Below, piece after piece: positions 1 through 6,972 of a stretch of DNA of 42,554 nucleotides. The DNA comes from an uncultured Anaerolineae bacterium (GTDB lineage: Bacteria; Chloroflexota; Anaerolineae; CAYNKW01), in NCBI GenBank assembly GCA_964453885.1, contig CAYVPU010000001.1:1-42554 (forward strand), given 5' to 3'. The position numbers and the translations under genes were made by a program. Numbering within the stretch: position 1 is the first letter of the stretch; every line of letters starts with the position of its first letter. The notes beneath the pieces were generated by a model. That model saw only the letters and a program-made list of their open reading frames with translations. It searched no databases and was not told the origin of the DNA.

Positions 1-466
1 AAAACGCGAGCCTACGCCTGTACCCGATTGCCAGGTCAACCCGGGTCACAGGCGTGGGTGGGGGCGTGATGGTGGCGGTCGGGGCCCCGGTGGCGGTTGG
101 GGTTGAGGGGGGGGTGGAGGTAGACGTAGGGGTAGACGTAGCGGTGGGCGTATGTGTCTGTGTTGGCGTAGGGGTAGGCGTAGCAGTGGGTGTATACGTC
201 GGTGTGAAGGTCGGTGTAGCAGTATGGGTGTTGGTGGGTGTAGGGGTCGGCATTGGCGTGGCGGTGCGGGTAGCGCCAGGTGTATGTGTCTGGGTTGGTC
301 TAGGCTCCAGGGTCAAAGAGAGCGTTGGCGACGGACCGAGGGGCGTCGGCGTCGTGCCGGTGTCACTGCGTAACAACAACCGCCCGGCGACAACACACGC
401 CAGGCAGATGGCCAAAGTCGTCAAGAATATGGCCAATGCCATTTCAGAGAGTCGTGAGGTTGTCAT
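1..466 (-). CDS. Membrane-anchored Thr/Pro-rich protein, N-terminal part only (gene runs off the left edge)
   Basis: Absent from the ORF track because it has no stop in the window. Reading the reverse strand from ATG at 466 (second in-frame ATG at 442) gives [32 protein letters not shown], one hydrophobic helix. About 110 aa of TPTPT-type low-complexity linker follows, open down to position 1. The + strand ORFs 54..590 (GV-rich) and 152..373 are its mirror images. Confidence 0.55.
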   Translation of the reverse strand, partial: MTTSRLSEMALAIFLTTLAICLACVVAGRLLLRSDTGTTPTPLGPSPTLSLTLEPRPTQTHTPGATRTATPMPTPTPTNTHTATPTFTPTYTPTATPTPTPTQTHTPTATSTPTSTSTPPSTPTATGAPTATITPPPTPVTRVDLAIGYRRRLAF

Positions 467-543
467 GCGATTCCGTCTCAAGCTTGCGGCGGATCACGAT
501 CCACTTTCTGCGTCACTGGGCAGTTGTCCAGTGGAAGCTATGC

Positions 544-963
544 TTAACTTTCCCGCAACCGCGCCAGGAAATCGCGAGCGGAGAGGATAGAGATATCGCT
601 GACCTGCTCAAGATCCAACAGATCCCTATCGCCGCTAACAATGACATCGGCTTCCCCGGCGACAGCGCAAGCGATGACCCAATCATCATCCGGGTCACGA
701 CAGATGCGAGGCACTTCCTCAGGCAGATCCACGATCTCGCTCAGACCAGCAATGAGAGCCACGAAACGGACGCGGGTCTCAGCACCATAGTAGCGGTGGA
801 GCCGGGGATACTCCAACACTCTGGTCAATTCCTCCAGCAGAACCGGCGCCGTCAACAGCGTAAAATCACCGCGTGCCAGGTGGACGTCTATCACTTTAGC
901 TATCGGGGGACGATGGGAGATCAGGTAGCTGACCAGGAGATTGGTGTCCACCACGGCGCGCAT
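544..963 (-). CDS. PIN-domain toxin (VapC-like ribonuclease, PIN_3-type)
   Basis: ORF track 544..984. Position 984 is TTG, and the first ATG is at 963, giving MRAVVDTNLLVSYL. Acidic residues sit in VVDTN, LLEEL and VSGDRD, as expected for the PIN fold. The ATG overlaps the upstream antitoxin stop in TGATG (961..965). Confidence 0.8.
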   Translation of the reverse strand: MRAVVDTNLLVSYLISHRPPIAKVIDVHLARGDFTLLTAPVLLEELTRVLEYPRLHRYYGAETRVRFVALIAGLSEIVDLPEEVPRICRDPDDDWVIACAVAGEADVIVSGDRDLLDLEQVSDISILSARDFLARLRES

Positions 964-1259
964 CAGGCCCTCCGCGTCGCCCAAAGTGCTTCATCTACCA
1001 GAGCGGCTGTCTCTTCCTCAGAAAGAGCTGCGCGGGCGCTTACCTCCTCGGCGATGCGCCGCAGTTCAGCCAACCAGGCGGCTCGTTTCTGGCTGACTGC
1101 TCGCCACTCCATGTAAGCCCCGAATTCCTCGTAGGGAATTATGACAGCCTGAGGTGTATCGTAACTCCGAACGACCACCGGCTCCCGTTTCAATCGGACA
1201 CGGTCCAGAATCTCCCGCGAGCGCCGCCGCAAGTCTGTCGTCTGCACAGTCCAGGTCAT
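963..1259 (-). CDS. Phd/YefM-type antitoxin
   Basis: ORF track 963..1316. The internal ATG at 1259 is preceded by GAGGAGG at 5-nt spacing. The product MTWTVQTTDLRRRSREILDRVRLKREPVVVRSYDTPQAVIIPYEEF matches the Phd/YefM N-terminal pattern. It is translationally coupled to the PIN gene. Confidence 0.7.
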   Translation of the reverse strand: MTWTVQTTDLRRRSREILDRVRLKREPVVVRSYDTPQAVIIPYEEFGAYMEWRAVSQKRAAWLAELRRIAEEVSARAALSEEETAALVDEALWATRRA

Positions 1260-1370
1260 CTTTACCTCCTCAATGTAGCACAAGTTATGCCATGTTGCTG
1301 TGCCAGTATACCACATTCAACGACCTGCGTCAAAAGAGGACAGTAAGCCACTTTTGAAAAGGGCATAAAG

Positions 1371-1403
1371 AACGACGGAGCTATCCTACCATGCTCCGTC
1401 GTT
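1371..1403 (-). terminator. Intrinsic terminator candidate downstream of secDF
   Basis: Perfect 11-bp stem AACGACGGAGC (1371..1381) / GCTCCGTCGTT (1393..1403) with an 11-nt loop, 30 nt after the secDF stop. On the minus-strand RNA it is followed by CUUUAUGCCCUUUUC. Confidence 0.55.
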
Positions 1404-1433
1404 GCCATCCATTCGGAACTCTGTTTTCCGCGC

Positions 1434-3833
1434 TTACGCAGTGGCTGTTGCCCTCTTGCGGCGGAACAACCGGCCCAGTTCGCCGCTTTCCCACACCACC
1501 AGCAAGGGCACGGCGACAAAGATAGACGAATAGGTGCCGCTCAACATGCCCACCAGCATCGTGGCGATGAACTGCTCGAGGCTGGCGCCGCCAAAGAGCA
1601 ACAGCGCGACCATGACAAAGATGGCGTTCAATTGCGTCGCCAGCGAGCGGTGGATAGTCTCCAGGATGCTGCGGTTGGCCACCTTCTCAAAGTTCTCGCC
1701 CCGCCGCCGAGGAATGTTCTCCCGGATGCGGTCAAAAACGACGATGGTGTCCTGCACCGAGAAACCGATGACGGTCAGGATGGCTGTCAGGAACAAGGCG
1801 TCCACTTCCCAGCCAAACAACACGCCGAACAGCGCAAAGAAGCCCAGGGCCACCAGGATGTCGTGGATCATGGCGACGATAGCCGATACACCGTAACGGT
1901 AGGCGCGAGGCACCCGGCGGAAGGCCCACCAGATGAAAGCCAGGATAACCAAAGATGCCACCACGACAGCGGTAGTCGCTGCCTGTGTCACCTCACCGCC
2001 GATGGCTGGCGACACTGCCGTCACGTTGCTCGCTTCGCGAACGATGCTGGCTATGCTGTTCTCCAGGTCGGCTTCAATGGCTTGCAGTGAATCCGTGTCA
2101 ATAAAGGCGGACCGTATCTGCCAGGTGTTCTCGGAGAGGTCGCCTAGCCGCCGCACCTCTGGATTGGTGATGCCGTGGGCGGTAAAAACATCGCGGATGG
2201 CGTCCTCGCTGCCAGATTCGGTAAATTTGTAGACTAGTAGGCTGCCGCCGGTAAAGTCCACGCTAAGGCGTACCGGCGCACCGGTCGAGACCGTCGAGAA
2301 AATCATGGCCGCAATGCCCAGCGCAATGACAACGCCGGAAAAGCTAAAGTACCATTTGCGCCGTCCCACAATGTCAAAGATAAAGCCCGGCTTTTTGTCC
2401 GGGGTGGCCTGGGGCATAAGCTTGGGCGTCTCACTGCTCCTCTCTACACCCAACAGCCAGGGCTTGTCTTGCAGACGATCACCGATCCAGGAGAAGACGT
2501 TCTCCATAAAGGTGCGGGTCACCAGCACCGCTGTGAACATGCTGAGCACCACACCAATAAAGAGCGTAATGGCAAAACCCCTGACCACGCTGGCTCCAAA
2601 GTTGGAGCCAAAGTAGGCCAGGATAGCGCAGGTGATAATGGTCGAAATGTTCGAGTCGCGGATGGACGTCCACGCCCGCTCAAAGCCAGCACGCAGTGAG
2701 GGCCACAGGGAGCGTCCCGCCCGCAGCTCTTCTTTCATGCGCTCGAAAATGAGAATGTTGGCGTCTACGGCCATGCCAGTGGATAACAAAAAGCCCGTGA
2801 TACCCGGCAGGGTCAACGTAACCGGAATGAGCTTGAACACAGCAAAGTTAGTCAGCGCGTAGGTGATGAGAGCCAAATCAGCCAGGAGGCCGGGCAAGCG
2901 GTAGTAAATCAGCATGAAGAGAAGCACAATGGACAGGCCGATAGCGCCGGCGCGGATGCTCTTTTGCACCGACTCTTGCCCCAAAGTAGGGCCAACTTTG
3001 CGCGTCGTCTCCACGCGCAGGGGAATCGGTAGTGAACCGTAGCGCAGTTGCACCGCCAGTTTCCTCGCCTCCTCCACCGAAAAGTTGCCGGTGATGCGTC
3101 CACTGCCATCAGGAATGGCGGTCTGGATACGAGGGCAAGAGATCACCTGCTTGTCCAGCACGATGCACAAGAACTGATTGATGTGGCTCGCTGTGTGGTC
3201 GGCGAATATCTTGGCCCCCTCGTCGTTCAATTCAAAGTAAATCTCCAGCCCGCCATATTGATCACGCCCGACAGCAGCCGTTTTTAGTAGTGAGCCAGTC
3301 ATCACCGTATGATACACGGTGCCGGTCACCGTCTGTGTGGTAGTGATCGGTTCTGTACCCGTTTCACCGTCGGTCATGTAATCGGTCTGGAGCGCTGTAC
3401 CGACCTCGAACTTGTCGGCCTCACCGGGAGATATGTAGCCCACGTCCACGAACTCGAGCAAGCCGATCTCACGGATGGTGGCAATGGCCAGTTCTTCGTC
3501 CTCTATGCCCGGCAGCTCGACGATGATACGCCGATCACCCTGCGTCTGCACCAGCGGTTCCACCACGCCCAAACCGTTGACCCGGTTCTCCACAATCACC
3601 CGCGCTGTCTCTATCGCCTCCGAATCAATCTCCTGATCGGGCGGCAGGTCCACTTCCAGCAACACCTGCACGCCGCCTTGCAAGTCCAGACCCTGGTGCA
3701 CCTTGATATCCCGGTCGAACGTCCAGTCGGCAATCTCGAGGTGGATGCCGGGGTTGGTGGGCAAGTCAACCCAGGCCACCGCCAGAACCAGCACGATGAT
3801 AATAGCCAACACTGTAAACTTTCGATCTTTCAT
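1434..3833 (-). CDS. secDF: Protein translocase subunit SecDF (fused SecD-SecF)
   Basis: 799 aa. N-terminal signal anchor, SecD periplasmic region with the GLDLQGGV motif, two 6-TM blocks, and a SecF-like C-terminal half. RBS GGGGAGGAAG lies upstream of ATG 3833. Confidence 0.95.
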   Translation of the reverse strand: MKDRKFTVLAIIIVLVLAVAWVDLPTNPGIHLEIADWTFDRDIKVHQGLDLQGGVQVLLEVDLPPDQEIDSEAIETARVIVENRVNGLGVVEPLVQTQGDRRIIVELPGIEDEELAIATIREIGLLEFVDVGYISPGEADKFEVGTALQTDYMTDGETGTEPITTTQTVTGTVYHTVMTGSLLKTAAVGRDQYGGLEIYFELNDEGAKIFADHTASHINQFLCIVLDKQVISCPRIQTAIPDGSGRITGNFSVEEARKLAVQLRYGSLPIPLRVETTRKVGPTLGQESVQKSIRAGAIGLSIVLLFMLIYYRLPGLLADLALITYALTNFAVFKLIPVTLTLPGITGFLLSTGMAVDANILIFERMKEELRAGRSLWPSLRAGFERAWTSIRDSNISTIITCAILAYFGSNFGASVVRGFAITLFIGVVLSMFTAVLVTRTFMENVFSWIGDRLQDKPWLLGVERSSETPKLMPQATPDKKPGFIFDIVGRRKWYFSFSGVVIALGIAAMIFSTVSTGAPVRLSVDFTGGSLLVYKFTESGSEDAIRDVFTAHGITNPEVRRLGDLSENTWQIRSAFIDTDSLQAIEADLENSIASIVREASNVTAVSPAIGGEVTQAATTAVVVASLVILAFIWWAFRRVPRAYRYGVSAIVAMIHDILVALGFFALFGVLFGWEVDALFLTAILTVIGFSVQDTIVVFDRIRENIPRRRGENFEKVANRSILETIHRSLATQLNAIFVMVALLLFGGASLEQFIATMLVGMLSGTYSSIFVAVPLLVVWESGELGRLFRRKRATATA

Positions 3834-3878
3834 GAATCGTTTCTTCCTCCCCGTTAGATTTAGCAGTCAAACGGAGTG

Positions 3879-3907
3879 ATTATAGCTCATGGGAGAGCAA
3901 CTGTCAA
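3879..3907 (-). promoter_or_regulatory. Consensus sigma-70-type promoter for secDF
   Basis: On the minus strand: TTGACA (3902..3907), 17-nt spacer, TATAAT (3879..3884). It lies about 45 nt upstream of the secDF start. Confidence 0.6.
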
Positions 3908-3932
3908 ATCAAAACCGAACGCACAATTCTCA

Positions 3933-3972
3933 ATTCTCCACCCTCCATTCCCATTCTCCAATCTCCATTCCC
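3933..3972. repeat. Tandem 20-bp direct repeat (2 copies, 18/20 identical) between divergent promoters
   Basis: ATTCTCCACCCTCCATTCCC (3933..3952) and ATTCTCCAATCTCCATTCCC (3953..3972). A partial AATTCTC unit precedes them at 3925..3931. The repeat ends 2 bp before the -35 box of the + promoter. Confidence 0.7.
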
Positions 3973-3974
3973 GC

Positions 3975-4003
3975 TTGACAAAATTGATGAGGTACATTAC
4001 AAT
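3975..4003 (+). promoter_or_regulatory. Near-consensus sigma-70-type promoter reading toward the D-aminoacylase gene
   Basis: TTGACA (3975..3980), 17-nt spacer, TACAAT (3998..4003). The predicted TSS near 4010 leaves a leader of about 215 nt before ATG 4224. Confidence 0.6.
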
Positions 4004-4007
4004 CCAG

Positions 4008-4153
4008 CAATTCCCGTTATGGGAAAATGCCAAGTTGTAGCCGCGATTTCGTAATCGCGCAGGATGCTTTACGTAGCACAATGCACTGTCCTGGACGACA
4101 GTACAGGGTACAGGGTACGCGATTTGGAAATCGCGGCTACAAAGCGGGAATTG
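4008..4153 (+). repeat. 146-bp hairpin-forming inverted-repeat element (candidate MITE or structured 5' leader RNA)
   Basis: Outer arms CAATTCCCG (4008..4016) / CGGGAATTG (4145..4153). Inner arms TTGTAGCCGCGATTTC (4035..4050) / GAAATCGCGGCTACAA (4127..4142). All arms are perfect complements. Apical hairpin ACTGTC/GACAGT (4085..4102). The element is flanked by the 8-bp direct repeat TACAATCC (3998..4005 and 4157..4164). Confidence 0.5.
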
Positions 4154-4223
4154 GTGTACAATCCCTGCAGGCGGCCGCCCATATCTCAGCAGCGATGGCA
4201 ACATTTCATAAGGGGAAGGCTAC

Positions 4224-5780
4224 ATGGATATTATCATTCGCAACGTAGACATCCTGGACGGCAGCGGATCGCCAGTTTTCCACGCCGACGTTGGGCTGGA
4301 AGGTGATCGCATGGCCGAAATCGGCGACCTGTCGGCGGCCACGGCCGACACGGTCATAGACGGCACGGGTCTCACCGCTGCGCCTGGCTTTATTGACATA
4401 CATTCTCACTCTGATTTCACGCTGCCTATCAACCCCCGCGCCGAGAGCAAGGTACGCCAGGGTGTGACCACCGAAGTCATCGGCCAGTGTGGCTCCAGCC
4501 CGGCACCGATAGATCCCATATCAGGGGAGGGTGTGATGGCTGCCCATCCCGACTTGCCCTGGGAGTGGAATACCTTTGGCCAGTATCTGGATTTCCTGCG
4601 CCGGCAGGGATTGTCGGTCAACGTGGTGCCGTTGGTCGGTCACGGCATGATCCGGGGCACGGGCATGGGGCTCGCCGAACGCGCTCCCACTGCCGACGAG
4701 ATGGGGACTATGAAGCGGCTGGTGGCCCAGGCCATGGACGAGGGCGCGTGGGGCATGTCCACGGGGTTGATCTATCCCCCCAGTGTCTATGCTTCCACCG
4801 AAGAAATAGTCGAACTGTGTCGCGTCGCTGCCGAGCGAGATGGCTTTTACTTTAGCCACATCCGGGGCGAGGAGCTTACGCTGTTAAAGGCCGTCGCAGA
4901 GGCCAGCGAGATCGGCGAGCAAGCTGGCTTGCCAGTGCAGATCGCTCACTTTAAGGCCGCCAGGCCGGAAAGCTGGTCGCTACTGCCCCAGGCCCTGGCA
5001 CTTCTTGACGATGCGCGCGCGCGAGGTCTCGACATAGCGGCGGACCGGTATCCCTACATCGCCTCCAGCACCGGCCTCTCGGCCCAACTGCCCAACTGGG
5101 CCCACGACGGTGGACGGACTGTCTTGCTGGAGCGTCTACAATCGCCCGACGTCCGCCGACGTATCCTGGAACACCTCCCCGTTCGCTCGCCGCATTGGGG
5201 CAGAATAGTCATCTCTTACTCGCCCAATTGCCCCGAATTCGAGGGTCTGAGCGTGGCGGAAATCGCTGAGCAGCGCGGCACAGACCCGGCTGAAACCTGC
5301 CTGGACATTTTACTGGAAGCAGAGGCCCGCGTCTCGGCCGTTCACTTTGGAATGAGCGAAGAGAACTTGCGGACCGTGCTCCGTCATCCAGCGGTGATGA
5401 TCGGTTCCGATGGCTCGGCGCGCGTTCCTAAAGGCCCGCTGGGCGAGGGTAAAGCCCATCCGCGCAGCTACGGCACCTTCCCGCGCGTGCTGGGCAAATA
5501 CGTGCGCGAGGAAGGCGTGCTATCGTTGCCCGAGGCCGTCCACAAGATGAGCGGCCTGCCTGCCGAACGCCTCGGCCTTTCCGACCGGGGACGCGTGGCC
5601 AAAGGGATGAAGGCCGACCTGGTGCTCTTTAATCCCGGCACCATCCGCGACAAAGCTACATTTTCGGAGCCATACCAGTATCCAGTCGGCATCGAATACG
5701 TCTTTGTAAACGGTCAGACCGTGGTGACGTCGGAGGGTCACACCGGCGCGCTGCCGGGGCAGATCTTGCGTAAAACGTGA
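4224..5780 (+). CDS. N-acyl-D-amino-acid deacylase (D-aminoacylase), amidohydrolase superfamily
   Basis: 518 aa. The N-terminus MDIIIRNVDILDGSG, the metal-binding GFIDIHSHSD motif and the overall length fit the D-aminoacylase family. RBS GGGGAAGG lies upstream. Confidence 0.85.
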   Translation: MDIIIRNVDILDGSGSPVFHADVGLEGDRMAEIGDLSAATADTVIDGTGLTAAPGFIDIHSHSDFTLPINPRAESKVRQGVTTEVIGQCGSSPAPIDPISGEGVMAAHPDLPWEWNTFGQYLDFLRRQGLSVNVVPLVGHGMIRGTGMGLAERAPTADEMGTMKRLVAQAMDEGAWGMSTGLIYPPSVYASTEEIVELCRVAAERDGFYFSHIRGEELTLLKAVAEASEIGEQAGLPVQIAHFKAARPESWSLLPQALALLDDARARGLDIAADRYPYIASSTGLSAQLPNWAHDGGRTVLLERLQSPDVRRRILEHLPVRSPHWGRIVISYSPNCPEFEGLSVAEIAEQRGTDPAETCLDILLEAEARVSAVHFGMSEENLRTVLRHPAVMIGSDGSARVPKGPLGEGKAHPRSYGTFPRVLGKYVREEGVLSLPEAVHKMSGLPAERLGLSDRGRVAKGMKADLVLFNPGTIRDKATFSEPYQYPVGIEYVFVNGQTVVTSEGHTGALPGQILRKT

Positions 5781-5888
5781 ACTGATACGGCGCTGGCTTT
5801 ACGCATCACGTTTTACGTTTTACGGAGTCATTGCTAATCCATTGCCAGAACCAAAATGGCGTGAAAGAACACAATATTAGGAGGACTT

Positions 5889-6887
5889 TTGGTGTCAAAC
5901 GAAATTCGCGTGATCCAGTACGGACTCGGGCCTATTGGAAGTGCAGTGGCACGTCACGTCGTGGAGCGGTCGGGGCTGGAGATGGTCGGGGGCGTGGACA
6001 TTGACCCAGCCAAGGTCGGCAAGGACGTCGGCGAGGTCATTGGCCTGGGCCGTCCCCTGGGCTTCAACGTGGCCGAAAAGCTGGCGCAAGTCCTGGCACA
6101 AGCTCAGGCCGACGTGGTGCTGCACACCACCAGCTCCTACTTTGACTTGTTCAAGTCCCAGGTCATCGAGTTCCTGGAAGCGGGGCTGGACATCGTCTCC
6201 ACGGCCGAGGAACTGTCCTTCCCCTGGCTGGCCCACCCCAAAGAGGCGGCCGAAATTGACGCCGTGGCCAAGAAAGCAGGCAAAACTGTGCTGGGCACCG
6301 GTGTCAACCCTGGCTTTATCATGGACTCGCTACCCCTCGACCTGACGGCTATCTGCCAGCGGGTGGATCGCATTGACGTGACGCGACACATGAACGCCTC
6401 GCTGCGGCGAGGCCCTTTCCAGGCCAAGATCGGCTCCGGCATGACAATAGAGGCTTTTAACGCCAAGATGGCCAAAGGCCGCATGGGCCACGTGGGTCTG
6501 CCCGAGTCCATGCACATGGTCTTTGACACGCTGGGCAAAAAGCTGGTCCGCTACGAGTCGAGCGTCGAGCCGGTGGTGGCCGACAAGTTGGTCAAGACCG
6601 ATTTCTTTGAGGTGCAGCCAGGCCAGGTACGGGGTCTTAAGCAGGTGGCCCAGGGCTACACCGACGAATGTGAGTTCGTGACCCTTACCTTCATCGCCGC
6701 GTTAGACGAGGGCGTTGACGGGGACACCATCAAGATCACCGGCAAGCCCAACCTGGAGGTCAAGCTCAAGGGCACCAACGGCGACATTGCAACGGTGGCC
6801 GTCGCCGTCAACGCCATCCGCCGCGTGCTTGAAGCCGCGCCCGGCCTGGTCACGATGCGAGACTTGCCCATCGTGACGAATTGGTAA
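5889..6887 (+). CDS. DapB-fold NAD(P)-dependent dehydrogenase (2,4-diaminopentanoate / native amine dehydrogenase-like)
   Basis: GTG start preceded by AGGAGG. Rossmann N-terminus IRVIQYGLGPIGSAV, a central GTGVNPGF motif, and a size of about 330 aa resemble dihydrodipicolinate-reductase-like amine dehydrogenases. The exact substrate cannot be told from sequence. Confidence 0.6.
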   Translation: MVSNEIRVIQYGLGPIGSAVARHVVERSGLEMVGGVDIDPAKVGKDVGEVIGLGRPLGFNVAEKLAQVLAQAQADVVLHTTSSYFDLFKSQVIEFLEAGLDIVSTAEELSFPWLAHPKEAAEIDAVAKKAGKTVLGTGVNPGFIMDSLPLDLTAICQRVDRIDVTRHMNASLRRGPFQAKIGSGMTIEAFNAKMAKGRMGHVGLPESMHMVFDTLGKKLVRYESSVEPVVADKLVKTDFFEVQPGQVRGLKQVAQGYTDECEFVTLTFIAALDEGVDGDTIKITGKPNLEVKLKGTNGDIATVAVAVNAIRRVLEAAPGLVTMRDLPIVTNW

Positions 6888-6924
6888 AGAGTCCACGGGA
6901 AAGTAGCCACGCTTTCCCATACAC

Positions 6925-6962
6925 AAAAAATGCTCCCGCTGGACACCGCGTCCAGCGGGAGC
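6925..6962 (-). terminator. Intrinsic terminator of the kinase gene in a convergent gap
   Basis: Perfect 13-bp stem GCTCCCGCTGGAC (6932..6944) / GTCCAGCGGGAGC (6950..6962) with loop ACCGC, followed on the minus strand by AUUUUUUGUGU. A second weaker hairpin GGGAAAG/CTTTCCC (6897..6918) lies after the + strand gene. Confidence 0.7.
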
Positions 6963-6972
6963 ACGCCTGTGG

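Noticed and set aside
54-1116. Plus-strand ORFs 54..590 (178 aa, GV-rich), 152..373 and 325..1116 (263 aa)
   Set aside because: They are mirror-frame shadows of the minus-strand TP-rich gene and of the PIN/Phd genes. They show Arg/Gly/Val-biased low-complexity composition, have no RBS and carry no recognisable motif.
3933-3972. Possible CRISPR-like repeat
   Set aside because: There are only two directly adjacent 20-bp copies with no spacers, and no cas genes are present in the window.
4164-4178. Overlapping 8-cutter sites CCTGCAGG (SbfI) and GCGGCCGC (NotI), reminiscent of an engineered polylinker
   Set aside because: No other vector-like sequence, marker or scar is present. GC-rich palindromes of this kind can arise by chance in a high-GC genome, and the flanks are ordinary native-looking sequence.
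3887-4306. ORFs 3887..4204 (-), 4027..4248 (+) and 4064..4306 (+) in the secDF/aminoacylase intergenic region
   Set aside because: They lie across two promoters, the tandem repeat and the inverted-repeat element. Their composition is odd, they have no RBS, and the + ones overlap the well-supported aminoacylase start.
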